NCBI GenBank assembly: GCA_004297775.1
Contig: SCUE01000007.1
Span: 258,861-322,860, forward strand
DNA: 64,000 nt
Direction: 5' to 3'
DNA from: Chloroflexota bacterium
GTDB lineage: Bacteria > Chloroflexota > UBA6077 > FW602-bin22
Part shown: one piece after another, positions 8,971-18,897 of the stretch
How positions within the stretch are numbered: the first letter of the stretch is position 1
How the letters are laid out: the number at the start of each line of letters is the position of its first letter
The notes under the pieces: model-generated
Told to the model about the DNA's origin: nothing
Seen by the model: the letters and a program-made list of their open reading frames with translations, nothing else
Databases searched by the model: none
Position numbers and translations under genes: made by a program

Positions 8971-10491
8971 TTAGTCGCGGAGCACGTACAGCGGCGCAAC
9001 CAACTGATCGATCGGCGCATAGTCATCGGTCAATCGAACGGCGTCGGGATCGCCCGCGGCCCGTTCGATCTCCTCAACGCGTGCCGATCCAAACCGGGCT
9101 CCGGGTATTTCCGGAATCGTCTCCACGCGATCGAAAGGGCCGAAATCGATCGGACGCCCGCTCCCGACGATGACGAGAGTCTCGATGCGCGTCGATTCCG
9201 GGGGGCCCCACCGTAGAGCGTACGTGTACGGAAACACTGTGGCGATGGTGGCGACGAACGAGCGCGCGATCGCGCCGTGGCGGCGCGGTTGATCGATCAC
9301 ATTCGACACGTACATCGCATTCGGCGCCATGCGAGCTTTGAGGACGCGAAGGAACTCGATTGTCGTCAGGTGCCATGGCATGGCCAGGTCATTGAACGCG
9401 TCCGCGTACACGATGTCGAATGCGTCAACTCCCGTCCAATCCGAGAGGACCGCGCGCGCATCGCCATGCCGCGTGATGATTCGCGTGTCTCGGCGAAGGC
9501 CAAAGCGTCGGTGACTGATCTCCGTCAGCACCGGATCGATTTCGATGGCATAGACGATCGCGGACGGATAGACGTCCTCGATGTACCGCGGGAAACCGTA
9601 AGCGCCCGCGCCGACGACCAGCGCCCGGAAATTCGGGTTATCGCGAGCGACGACCGCGGTGAGATCTCCGTATGCGCGCAGGTAGCTGAAGCTAAGGCGC
9701 TTCGGGTCGAAGAGCGAGATACGGCTGTGGCTGAGGTGATCGAGCCACAGCGTCAACGTCGGGCCCGCGCCAGCATCGACATCCTGCTCGTCGATGCGAA
9801 CGCAGTAGTACGCGGTTTCATAGTCGCAGGGCGTCCGACGAATCGCATCGACCGCACTTACACCGCCGACGACGGCGCAAGCCGCGATCGCCGCGACCAG
9901 ACGCCGCGAGCCGGCCGTGAATGCTCCGGCCACCGCGACCGCGAGCGCGATCGCGGCGCCGACTGCGACAGTTTCCCGCGCGCCGATTGTCGGTACGAGC
10001 CAGAATCCGGACACGAACGTGCCCGCGAGTCCGCCCATCGTCGAAGCGGCGTAGATCGCGCCAATCGATATGCCGACGCCGTCGGCTGTCCGCACCGTCG
10101 CCGCGGCGGCGAGCGGAATGACGGCGCCGAGCACGATCGACGCCGGAAGCAATGCCACCGCGTCGACGGTGAAGAGACGCGCCAGGATCGGCGTATCTCG
10201 CCACCAACCCATCTCGGTGACGTGATCGGCGACCGCAACCGAGACGCACATGAGGCACGCGCCCAGAGCGAGAGATCCGGACAGGCCGAAAACAGGCGAC
10301 ATGCCTCGTGGCAGCGTGCCACCGACCCACGCGCCGATTGCCAGTCCTGAGAGGACGAGCCCAAGCGTCGCGGTCCAGGTGTAGAGCGAGGCGCCGAGCG
10401 CTGGCGCCAGAATCCTGGGCGCCGCGACTTCGAGCGACAGCAGCGCGAAACTGGCGATCGCGGTATGTGCGAGCACGAGAAAACGGCTCAT
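8971..10491 (-). CDS. Fused membrane (MFS-like)/spermidine synthase-like protein
   Basis: N-terminal TM helices 'LEVAAPRILAPALG'; 'GAGAY', 'EIDP', 'DAF', 'LTDDYAPID'. Confidence 0.88.
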   Translation of the reverse strand: MSRFLVLAHTAIASFALLSLEVAAPRILAPALGASLYTWTATLGLVLSGLAIGAWVGGTLPRGMSPVFGLSGSLALGACLMCVSVAVADHVTEMGWWRDTPILARLFTVDAVALLPASIVLGAVIPLAAAATVRTADGVGISIGAIYAASTMGGLAGTFVSGFWLVPTIGARETVAVGAAIALAVAVAGAFTAGSRRLVAAIAACAVVGGVSAVDAIRRTPCDYETAYYCVRIDEQDVDAGAGPTLTLWLDHLSHSRISLFDPKRLSFSYLRAYGDLTAVVARDNPNFRALVVGAGAYGFPRYIEDVYPSAIVYAIEIDPVLTEISHRRFGLRRDTRIITRHGDARAVLSDWTGVDAFDIVYADAFNDLAMPWHLTTIEFLRVLKARMAPNAMYVSNVIDQPRRHGAIARSFVATIATVFPYTYALRWGPPESTRIETLVIVGSGRPIDFGPFDRVETIPEIPGARFGSARVEEIERAAGDPDAVRLTDDYAPIDQLVAPLYVLRD

Positions 10492-10613
10492 TGCGCGGCG
10501 CCGCCCGAACCAATCTTGTAGTCGGCGGCAACAATCAGGCGATTCAACGTGACACGCTCCACGCAAAGCGCGTATGATGCGCAAACCACAAATGCTCAGG
10601 AGGAATTGAGCGC

Positions 10614-12158
10614 GTGTTTGACCTTAGCAAGCTCATCAGCCGTCGAGCCGTGTTGTCCGGCTCCCTAGTGGCGGTCGGCGCTGTCGCGGCCGCGTGTGCC
10701 GCACCTGCCCCGACCGCGACGCCGGTGCCGGCAAAACCGGCCGAGGCGCCAAAACCAGCGGCACCGGCCGCCGCCGCCCCGGCGCCAGCGCCGACCAAGC
10801 CAGCCGAGGCCCCGAAGCCAGCGGCGCCGGCCGCCCCGGCGCCCGCGCCCACCAAGCCAGCCGCGGCACCGGCCGCCGCCGCGCCGGCGGCCGCCAAGCC
10901 CGCGATCGAGCTTCGTATTCACGACTGGGAGCAGGATCCGGAGGACAAGTTCTTTGGTCCCGTGTTCAAGAAGTTCGAAGAAGAGCATCCCGGTGTGAAA
11001 GTCAAGCGCGAGTGGTTCCCGCGCGGCGACATGCACACCAAGCAGCTCGCCCTCGCCGCGACGAACACGCTCGGTGATACCGTCCGCATCAACGTCGCCG
11101 TTCTGACCAAGGAACTCGTCAACAAGAACGTCCTGGCGTCGGTGACCCCCTTCATCAACAAGGACACGAAGTGGAACCAGAACGACCAGAAGCAGTTCTG
11201 GCCTGGCAACATCGCCAACTACATGATGAAGGGTGAGCAGTGGGGCTACCCGGTCGTCGGTCATCCCGGCTGCGTTCAATACTTCGTGAACCTCGATCAC
11301 GCCGAGAAGCAGGGTGTCAAACTGCCGACGGCTGACGGCAAGTGGACAATCGACGAGGCGGTCGCCGCCTCCCAGAAACTCCAAGTGTCGTCCGGCGGTC
11401 GCGTCACTGTGTACGGCGTTCAGCCGTGCCTCGGCGGCGAGGGCGCGGTCGGTATGATGCGAATGTTTGGTGGAGACTACTACAACGAGGAAGGCACCAA
11501 GGCCCTCGTTAGTACGCCCGAGTCGATCAAGGGCATCGAGTGGATCGCCGATCTGTTTCAGAAGCACAAGGTTGCGATCCCGCTTGAGGCCAAAGCTGAT
11601 GCTCAGCAGGTCTTTCCCGGAGGAACCGTCGCGATGACGGTGTTGACATCGTTCGCGGCTGGCGGCGCATTTCCCCGCACGGTCGGGCCGTCGGCTGGCG
11701 GCGGGAAGTTCAAGTGGGCTGTTCTGCCTCCTCCCGTTGGACCGTCCGGCAAAAGGGAAACGCAGGTTTCGTCCGATGGCTACGGTCTATCCAAGCAGTC
11801 CAAGAACCCGGACGTTGCCTGGGACATGGTTAAGCTCTACGTTGGTCGAGAGCTTGGCTTCAATCGGTTCAAGCTCGCCCTCGGAAGCCCGGGTAGCCGG
11901 TACGACATCTGGGGCTCCCCGGAATTCAAGAAGGAGTTCCCGACACTTGGTGGATTGATCTGGGACACGCTCGTCGATCCGGCGAAGAACCCGCCACTTC
12001 GACCGTGGAACCATCCGGCGAATGGGCGCTACTTCGAGACCGATACCGCGATCAACAACATCCTGCAGAGCGTCTGGATCGGCACCAAGAAGCCGGCTGA
12101 GGCGGCGGCCGAGGCTCAGAAGGCCGCGCAGGAAATCATGGACAAGCCCGGAGCGTAG
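10614..12158 (+). CDS. Sugar ABC transporter substrate-binding lipoprotein (Tat signal)
   Basis: 'SRRAVL' twin-Arg, lipobox 'AAAC', Pro/Ala linker, 'FEEEHPGVKV'; RBS AGGAGG; TATGAT at 10573-10578. Confidence 0.92.
   Translation: MFDLSKLISRRAVLSGSLVAVGAVAAACAAPAPTATPVPAKPAEAPKPAAPAAAAPAPAPTKPAEAPKPAAPAAPAPAPTKPAAAPAAAAPAAAKPAIELRIHDWEQDPEDKFFGPVFKKFEEEHPGVKVKREWFPRGDMHTKQLALAATNTLGDTVRINVAVLTKELVNKNVLASVTPFINKDTKWNQNDQKQFWPGNIANYMMKGEQWGYPVVGHPGCVQYFVNLDHAEKQGVKLPTADGKWTIDEAVAASQKLQVSSGGRVTVYGVQPCLGGEGAVGMMRMFGGDYYNEEGTKALVSTPESIKGIEWIADLFQKHKVAIPLEAKADAQQVFPGGTVAMTVLTSFAAGGAFPRTVGPSAGGGKFKWAVLPPPVGPSGKRETQVSSDGYGLSKQSKNPDVAWDMVKLYVGRELGFNRFKLALGSPGSRYDIWGSPEFKKEFPTLGGLIWDTLVDPAKNPPLRPWNHPANGRYFETDTAINNILQSVWIGTKKPAEAAAEAQKAAQEIMDKPGA
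10701..10902 (+). repeat. Imperfect tandem coding repeat (KPAEAPKPAAPAA...PAPT), about 2.5 copies
   Basis: Visible in both DNA and protein. Confidence 0.8.
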
Positions 12159-12182
12159 CTAAGCGCGGGCCTGTCGAGCGCA

Positions 12183-12219
12183 GATCGAACGCCGGAGCCA
12201 CAAGTCCCGGCGTTCGATC
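12183..12219 (+). terminator. Intercistronic stem-loop after the binding-protein gene
   Basis: Perfect 13-bp inverted repeat GATCGAACGCCGG/CCGGCGTTCGATC with 11-nt loop; no U tract. Confidence 0.7.
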
Positions 12220-12244
12220 CATTATCAGGGTTTGAGGTTTGTCG

Positions 12245-13210
12245 ATGGGTGGGACCTCCGGTATTGTCACCATGGCATCAAGTCGAGCGAAGGGCTCCAG
12301 CCTCGCCCGGCAGGACGCGATCGTGGCGTACGTGTTCCTGGCGCCGTGGATCATCGGGTTCGCCGTTTTCGTCGCCGGACCAATGATCGCGGCGATCTAC
12401 CTCAGCCTGAACTCTTACAGCATCACCAAACCGCCGGTGTTCATCGGCATCGACAATTTCACGCGCATGTTCACCGTCGACCCATTGTTCTGGCCGTCAC
12501 TCGGTCGCACGGCGATTTGGGCGGGTTCGTATGTCCCGCTGGCGATCATCGGCTCACTCATGACGGCCGTCCTGCTCAATCAAGGAATGAAGGGGACGAC
12601 CATCTACCGGACGATCTTCTTCCTGCCGCACCTGACCCCGATCGTCGCCAGTATCTTCATCTGGACGTGGCTGCTGCACCCGAGGTTCGGATTCGTCAAC
12701 GAGATGATCTGGCAGGTCACGTACAACCTGACCGGCACGGGAGTCGAGGGGCCGGGTTGGTTCGGTAGCACCGACTGGGCTATCCCCTCGCTGATCCTGG
12801 TGGCGTTGTGGGGCGCGATCGGCGGCAATGGAATGCTCATCTTCCTGGCCGGCCTCCAGGGCGTTTCCAAGGAACTCTATGAAGTCGCCGAGATTGATGG
12901 CGCCAACATTATCCAAAGATTCTGGAATATCACCTTGCCGATGATTTCGCCGACGCTATTGTTCAACTTGGTGCTCGGTCTCATCGGCGCCTTGCAGTCG
13001 TTCGCAAACGCCTTCATCGCGACCGAAGGCGGTCCGGCCTACGCGACGTGGTTCTTCGCGCTCCACATCTACGCCAACGCATTCTCATACGGCGAGTACG
13101 GCTACGCCAGCGCACTGGCGCTGTTCTTCTTCTTGATTGTTGTCGGCCTCACCTATGCGAATTTCCGGTTCTCGACCCGCTGGGTTCATTACGGCGGGGA
13201 GGTCAACTGA
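12245..13210 (+). CDS. Carbohydrate ABC transporter permease (MalF-type)
   Basis: 'ELYEVAEIDGA', 'YGYASALA'; start approximate. Confidence 0.95.
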   Translation: MGGTSGIVTMASSRAKGSSLARQDAIVAYVFLAPWIIGFAVFVAGPMIAAIYLSLNSYSITKPPVFIGIDNFTRMFTVDPLFWPSLGRTAIWAGSYVPLAIIGSLMTAVLLNQGMKGTTIYRTIFFLPHLTPIVASIFIWTWLLHPRFGFVNEMIWQVTYNLTGTGVEGPGWFGSTDWAIPSLILVALWGAIGGNGMLIFLAGLQGVSKELYEVAEIDGANIIQRFWNITLPMISPTLLFNLVLGLIGALQSFANAFIATEGGPAYATWFFALHIYANAFSYGEYGYASALALFFFLIVVGLTYANFRFSTRWVHYGGEVN

Positions 13211-13211
13211 C

Positions 13212-14108
13212 GTGAGCGCCTCCTTCGCGGAGAACCGCCTCGGGACGATTCGGAATCGCCACGCCTGGTACAATTGGTTCGCGTCGCGGGCCGGGCTCCA
13301 CACGATCGCCATCTTGCTGTCAATAACTCTCATGATCCCCTTCGGCTGGACCTTGATCAGTTCGCTCAAGCCGGTTGAGGAAATTCGGCTGCTGCCACCC
13401 CAGTTATGGCCTTCCGAACTGAAGTGGAGCAACTACCCGGCCGTCTTCAACGTCAAGTTGTTCCCATTCTGGGTGCGCAACACGACGATCGTCGCCGTGC
13501 TGGCGACGATCGGAACCGTGTTCACGGCGATGTTCGCCGGCTATGCGTTCGCGCGCTTCCGGTTCCCGGGCCGCGCACCAATGTTCGCCCTGACCCTGAG
13601 CACGATGATGCTCCCCGACGCGGTGACTCTGATTCCTCGCTACCTTCTGTACTACCAGTTGGGGTGGCTCGATACCTTCTACCCATTGATCGTGCCGTTC
13701 TTCTTCGGCGGCGGTGCCTTCTACATCTTCCTCTTCCGGCAATTCTTCATGACAATTCCGCTCGACATGGATGAAGCGGCGAAGATCGACGGCGCGAACC
13801 AGTTGCAGATTCTCCTGTTCGTCGTGTTGCCGCTCGCATTGCCCGTCCTGGCGACGGTCGGCATCATCGCGTTCATCGCTCACTACGACTCCTTCATTTT
13901 CCCGTTGATCATCCTGAATACGCGCGAATTGTTCACGCTCGCCATCGGCATTCGGTTCTTCTCAATTCTGCCCACTCAGGACGCCGCGCCACAGGATCAC
14001 ATTCTTCTCGCAATGTCGGTGATGATGACCACGCCGATGATCGTCCTCTTCTTCCTCGGCCAGCGTTACTTCGTCCGAGGCGTCGTCATGTCGGGAATCA
14101 AGGGGTAA
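13212..14108 (+). CDS. Carbohydrate ABC transporter permease (MalG-type)
   Basis: 'DMDEAAKIDGA', C-terminal 'QRYFVRGVVMSGIKG'; GTG start right after the previous stop. Confidence 0.95.
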   Translation: MSASFAENRLGTIRNRHAWYNWFASRAGLHTIAILLSITLMIPFGWTLISSLKPVEEIRLLPPQLWPSELKWSNYPAVFNVKLFPFWVRNTTIVAVLATIGTVFTAMFAGYAFARFRFPGRAPMFALTLSTMMLPDAVTLIPRYLLYYQLGWLDTFYPLIVPFFFGGGAFYIFLFRQFFMTIPLDMDEAAKIDGANQLQILLFVVLPLALPVLATVGIIAFIAHYDSFIFPLIILNTRELFTLAIGIRFFSILPTQDAAPQDHILLAMSVMMTTPMIVLFFLGQRYFVRGVVMSGIKG

Positions 14109-14114
14109 TAACGA

Positions 14115-15026
14115 ATGAAGCTCGCGATTGGCACCGGCGTCGCGTTTCGCGATCACATGGCGGACCTGTATACGAATCCGGCCGCCGCGGTTTCACGCCT
14201 GAAGTGGTGGCAATCGAAGGGCGTCGAGGGCGTCGTCTTCTACGATGCGTTGCCGGACTTCTATCGAACGCCGGTCGCCCAATTCCGGAACGTCAAGAAG
14301 GTTCTGGACGACCTCGGCATCCCGGTCGCCGCGTTCAACACACTCCGCAAGAGCGTGTTTATGCCCGAGCTCGCGGCACAGGAAGAGAAGCGGCTCTACC
14401 ACTGCCTCGAAGTCTGCGACATCCTTCGTCCGGCGATCGTCGACGTAAACGTGAACGTGCCAATCCCCGACGGAATGGATCCGATGGCCTTCGCCGCCCG
14501 CCCGATCTATCGCGGCGCGTTCGCCAGCGCGGAATCGATCGCGCGCGCGGCCGCGATCCTGAAGCCGTTCACGCAGGCATGCGGCAAGATCGGCGCTGAA
14601 CTGAGCATCGAGCTCCACGACGACGGTATCCACGACACGGCCGACGGTTGCCTACGGTTGATTGCCGCGATCGACGAGCCGAATGTCGGCGCGAACCCCG
14701 ACGTCGGCAACTGGTATCGCGTGCCCTATCAGCACCCCGACTCGTGGCGCGACCAGATCGTGAAACTCGCGCCGAAGACGAACTACTGGGAAGTCAAGAA
14801 CTACAAGCGCTTCCTGGCCCCGAGCGACAACCGCGCCTATAGCTGGAACGTCGGTCTCGACGAGGGCGACATCGATTTTCGCGATGCCGCCGTCATCATC
14901 TGGCGGGCCGGTTTCCGCGGCTGGGTGTGCTCCGAGGGTGGGAACGGCGACATCATCTGGTCGAACGTTCGCTACCTCGAGTACATGCGCTGGATCCTGA
15001 AGGAGTGGATTCCGGCCTTCGGGTAA
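14115..15026 (+). CDS. Sugar phosphate isomerase/epimerase (xylose-isomerase-like TIM barrel)
   Basis: 'SIELHD', 'NPDVGN', 'LDEGDIDF', 'GFRGWVCSE'. Confidence 0.85.
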   Translation: MKLAIGTGVAFRDHMADLYTNPAAAVSRLKWWQSKGVEGVVFYDALPDFYRTPVAQFRNVKKVLDDLGIPVAAFNTLRKSVFMPELAAQEEKRLYHCLEVCDILRPAIVDVNVNVPIPDGMDPMAFAARPIYRGAFASAESIARAAAILKPFTQACGKIGAELSIELHDDGIHDTADGCLRLIAAIDEPNVGANPDVGNWYRVPYQHPDSWRDQIVKLAPKTNYWEVKNYKRFLAPSDNRAYSWNVGLDEGDIDFRDAAVIIWRAGFRGWVCSEGGNGDIIWSNVRYLEYMRWILKEWIPAFG

Positions 15027-15045
15027 GCCTTGGCGAAACAATTCG

Positions 15046-15513
15046 CTACGCCGAGACAGCTCCGGCCATCGCGACCCTGAACTCATCCGGTAGACGTATC
15101 GGCCGTCCGCGCACGACATCGACGAACGCGATCGTTTGGATGGAGTGCGCATAGACCCGTCCGCCATCGCCGACGAACTCCGACTCGATCAAGGCCGATG
15201 CGCGCGCCCTGGACGTAGCCCAGACCTTCCCCTCGACCACGTCGCCAAATCGAAGCGGCACGCGGTAGTCGATCTCGATGCGAACGAGCACCGGCGATAT
15301 CCCACGGGCGATGCAATCCTCGAAGGACAGCCAGCGCGCCATCCAGAGCGTCCGCAAATCTTCCAACCACCGGATGTACACCGCGTTATTGACGATGCCC
15401 GCCACGTCGATGTCATATCCGGCCACGCGAAACCGGGTCACGAGCGCGGCGTGATCGGCGCCATCCCGGCCGCGACGGCTCTCCCAGCGCGTGCCGGCCC
15501 AGTCGATCGGCAT
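15046..15513 (-). CDS. Acyl-CoA thioesterase (4HBT/YbgC hotdog fold)
   Basis: 'YDIDVAGIVNNAVYIRWLEDLR'; TAATG coupling to hisC. Confidence 0.88.
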   Translation of the reverse strand: MPIDWAGTRWESRRGRDGADHAALVTRFRVAGYDIDVAGIVNNAVYIRWLEDLRTLWMARWLSFEDCIARGISPVLVRIEIDYRVPLRFGDVVEGKVWATSRARASALIESEFVGDGGRVYAHSIQTIAFVDVVRGRPIRLPDEFRVAMAGAVSA

Positions 15514-16613
15514 TACGCGATCGTGGCGAGCGCGGCGACGAACCGATCGTTCTCTTCGGGCAGACGCGTCGTCACCCGGAGGCATCCTGCCAGACCCGGC
15601 TTCGAACTCACATCGCGCGGCACGAGGCCGTGGCGGAGCAGCGCTGCGACGGCCGCCCCTGGGTCGCGGAAGCGAGCAAGCAGGAAGTTGGTGGCACTCG
15701 GATAGACCCGTTCCGTGCGAACTCGAAGCAGATCGGCGAACCGGACCTTCTCCGCCAGGATCGCGGCCACGCGCGCTCGCATCGTCGCCTGGTCGCGCAG
15801 CGCGGCCGCCGCCAGAGTCACCGACATGGTCCCGACGCTGTTCGGCGGCCGAACGCGATTCAGAACGCCGGCCATCTCGCTCGACACCAATGCGTAGCCA
15901 ACGCGCAAACCCGCCATCGAGAACGCCTTCGACAATGTTCGGACGGCGACGACGTGCGGAAAGCGGGCGATCTCGGTTGCGACCGTCGAACCACAGAACT
16001 CGAAGTACGCCTCGTCGACGATGACAGGACAGGACACGCTCTTGGCGATCCGAACGAGATCCTCCGCCGCAATCAGATTGCCGGTCGGATTGTTCGGATT
16101 GCAGAGGAGGACCAGGTCGGCGTTTCCAGCCGCGCGAATGATCCCATCGATATCCCGTGAGAGATCCGGACCGTCGTCGATCGCGACGAGCGTGCCGCCG
16201 TACATTTCGGTCAGCACGCCGTACATGGTGTAGCTGGGTCGCGATGTGACGACCCTTCGTCCGGCCTCGACAAACGACTTGACGATCATGTCGATGATTT
16301 CGTCGGCCCCGCAGCCGACGATGATCTGCCCGGCGGGGAATCCCGTGTAGCCGACGAGTTCGTCGACCACGGCCTGGTACGACGTGTCCGGATATTCGTT
16401 GAGCGGCATGTGCTCGGCGAAGCCGACCAGACTGGCGGCTACGTTCGTCGGCGCGAAGGGAGACGTATTGGTATCGAAGCGCACGATGCGATCGAGCGGG
16501 ACGCCGTAGGTACTCGCTACCTGCGCCGACGACATCTCCCAGGCGTATGGCTCGAGGTTGGCGACCGCGCCGCGCACGTGACGCAGCCAGGATCGCGCGT
16601 CGGTCGCTGGCAC
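15513..16613 (-). CDS. hisC: Histidinol-phosphate aminotransferase
   Basis: 'GCGADEII', 'CNPNNPTG', 'VDEAY', 'RTLSKAFSMAGLRVGY'. Confidence 0.9.
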   Translation of the reverse strand: MPATDARSWLRHVRGAVANLEPYAWEMSSAQVASTYGVPLDRIVRFDTNTSPFAPTNVAASLVGFAEHMPLNEYPDTSYQAVVDELVGYTGFPAGQIIVGCGADEIIDMIVKSFVEAGRRVVTSRPSYTMYGVLTEMYGGTLVAIDDGPDLSRDIDGIIRAAGNADLVLLCNPNNPTGNLIAAEDLVRIAKSVSCPVIVDEAYFEFCGSTVATEIARFPHVVAVRTLSKAFSMAGLRVGYALVSSEMAGVLNRVRPPNSVGTMSVTLAAAALRDQATMRARVAAILAEKVRFADLLRVRTERVYPSATNFLLARFRDPGAAVAALLRHGLVPRDVSSKPGLAGCLRVTTRLPEENDRFVAALATIA

Positions 16614-16621
16614 GGCGCCTG

Positions 16622-17749
16622 TTATAGCGCTTGTCGCGCGAGCGCCAACAGCCTCTCGCCGTCGACTGCCTGAACGCCGTCGCTGGCGAGCATCGCCAAA
16701 GCGTCGCTGACCGCGCTTGAACGCTCGGACTCGCGCGCCGAAGGCGGGCGTTGTTCGCCCACCGGCACCAAGAGAGCGAGCGTCGCCGTGATTATGTCAA
16801 ATACGTCGCCGGCAAGTGAACTCCGGTGACGCTCGCGCCGATCGTCGGCAATCGCCGCCGCGAGGTCGGAGATCGCGCCGGGATCGCCAGCTCGCCAGCG
16901 CGGGATCTGGTATCGCGCGATCTTGGCTCGCATCGCACCGGGGTGTACCTTCGACCGCGGCGCGACGACCGCCGCAAGCGCACCCGGGGGACTGAGGCGA
17001 CTGCCGGACAATCCAGCCACGGCAAGCAGGTTCGCGGTCATCAGTGCCGCGCGAGCCTCCCCGTTGGAGCGATCGTCAACCACATTCTGGGCGTGGCGCG
17101 TAACCAGACCGATCGCCGCGCGCAGAAGGGGGCGCGCGTAGGGCGGTGTCCCGGGATGAAACAACCCGTCGAGCGCCTCGCAGAGAAGCCACGCCGCCGC
17201 TGGCCCGACCGCGTGGGTTCCGCCGATCGCGAGGACATCCGGATCGAATACCAGAAGATCCGGCCGGCGGCCGCGCCGAATCGTCAGATGGCGCGCCGCG
17301 GAAGACTCCTTCACCCACACCCGGTCGGTCGCCTCGACGCCGGTTCCAGCCGTGGTCGGGGCGGCGATGAAAAGGCCGGCTGCGCCATCATCGTCTCGTG
17401 AAACCCCGGCCGCCAGTCGGCCACGATCCGTGACCGCGCCGCCGCCGATGGCGAGAATCGTGTCGTAGTCTCCGTCACGCCGCATGCGACGGAGGTCGTC
17501 AAGGTCGTTCGGCGTCGCGAGTCCCGGGTGGCACGTTTCGATGTGCGCAATTAGGCCGGCGGCCGACAGCGTGTCGCGCATTGGCGCCGAAAGCGCGGCA
17601 CTGACACCACCATCGAGCAGGACGAGAACCCGCCACCCACCCCGTTCAGCGATGGCTGTGCCGAGCCGACCAACGGCGCCCGGTGCGAAGAGAAAGCCTT
17701 CGCTCGGCAGGCGAAGCTCGAAAGCAGTGCTCGCGTCGAAGGGAGTCAT
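16622..17749 (-). CDS. Divergent iron-containing alcohol dehydrogenase-fold protein
   Basis: 'AIGGGAVTD', 'PTTAGTGVEAT'; metal-binding His residues not evident. Confidence 0.75.
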   Translation of the reverse strand: MTPFDASTAFELRLPSEGFLFAPGAVGRLGTAIAERGGWRVLVLLDGGVSAALSAPMRDTLSAAGLIAHIETCHPGLATPNDLDDLRRMRRDGDYDTILAIGGGAVTDRGRLAAGVSRDDDGAAGLFIAAPTTAGTGVEATDRVWVKESSAARHLTIRRGRRPDLLVFDPDVLAIGGTHAVGPAAAWLLCEALDGLFHPGTPPYARPLLRAAIGLVTRHAQNVVDDRSNGEARAALMTANLLAVAGLSGSRLSPPGALAAVVAPRSKVHPGAMRAKIARYQIPRWRAGDPGAISDLAAAIADDRRERHRSSLAGDVFDIITATLALLVPVGEQRPPSARESERSSAVSDALAMLASDGVQAVDGERLLALARQAL

Positions 17750-17791
17750 CAGAGATATCGGTCGATCATCGTCGATCGATCCGTCGCCCGA

Positions 17792-18814
17792 CTAGCCGCC
17801 GATCTGGGACATCGACCTCGATGCGCGATGAAACGCGGGTCCCTCGTTGATGTGGTGCTTTAGTTCCTTGTGGCCGACCGCGCGTTGAATGATCTCCGCC
17901 AGTTGCCAATCCTCGGCGCCGTCGCGCATCGGCCCGCGAAGATCCCACTCATCAATGGAGAATAAACAGGTGCGAATCTGGCCATCGGCCGTGATGCGCA
18001 ATCGATCGCACGTCGAGCAGAATGGCTCGCTGACCGGATTGATGAATCCGATCTCCCCGATTCCATCGGCGAATCGATAGACGCGCGAGGTCGAACTCGG
18101 GTCGACCGAGACCGGCGCCAGCGGCTTCCAGGCGTGAATCATCTCGTAGATCTCGCGCCCGGCCAGGACTTGATCCCTCTGCCAGTTGCCGTCGGCGTCG
18201 AGCGGCATGAACTCGATGAATCGCACGACGTACTGCTTGCGTCGCGCCAGTTCCGCGAACGGAATCACCTCGTCCTCGGTGAATCCACGCATCGCGACGG
18301 CGTTCACCTTGATCGGCCGAATCGTCGGGTGTCGCTCCAGTTCTTCGAGTCCTTCCAGAACCTGATGAAGGCAATCCCGGCGCGTTATCCGATGGAACTT
18401 GTCGCGCACCAGTGAATCGAGCGACACGTTGATTCGCGTCAGGCCCGCGTCCGCCAGCGGGCCGGCCAGTTCCTTCAGGCGAAAACCGTTCGTCGTCAGG
18501 CTGAGGCTCTGCAAGCCTTCATCGAGGAGCGGGTTCAATCGTCGAATGAGATCTGGCAGACCGGCGCGCACGGTCGGCTCGCCGCCGGTCAATCGAATGC
18601 CGCGGATTCCCATCTTCACGAACAGTCCGGCCACGCGCACGATCTCGTCGACCGTGAGGACCTTGTCGTTCTTCAACCAGCGAAGGCCCTCTTCCGGCAT
18701 GCAATACACACATCGGAAATTGCAGCGATCTGTAATCGAGATACGCAGGTCGCCCATCTGGCGCCCGTATGAATCAACCAGATGCGCCGGTATCACCGGC
18801 GTCGCGAGCGCCAT
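17792..18814 (-). CDS. moaA: GTP 3',8-cyclase (molybdenum cofactor biosynthesis)
   Basis: CNFRCVYC radical-SAM motif, C-terminal CxxC-x13-C, terminal 'MSQIGG'. Confidence 0.96.
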   Translation of the reverse strand: MALATPVIPAHLVDSYGRQMGDLRISITDRCNFRCVYCMPEEGLRWLKNDKVLTVDEIVRVAGLFVKMGIRGIRLTGGEPTVRAGLPDLIRRLNPLLDEGLQSLSLTTNGFRLKELAGPLADAGLTRINVSLDSLVRDKFHRITRRDCLHQVLEGLEELERHPTIRPIKVNAVAMRGFTEDEVIPFAELARRKQYVVRFIEFMPLDADGNWQRDQVLAGREIYEMIHAWKPLAPVSVDPSSTSRVYRFADGIGEIGFINPVSEPFCSTCDRLRITADGQIRTCLFSIDEWDLRGPMRDGAEDWQLAEIIQRAVGHKELKHHINEGPAFHRASRSMSQIGG

Positions 18815-18897
18815 GGGCGGGTAGTCTACCATGAGGCCTCGTTCCTAACCCCATTTTAGAAAGAAACGGCTTTCGAAAGCCACGGAGCACAGGACAC

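Noticed and set aside
10701-10902. CRISPR-like or mobile repeat
   Set aside because: In-frame degenerate Pro/Ala linker repeats with no spacers
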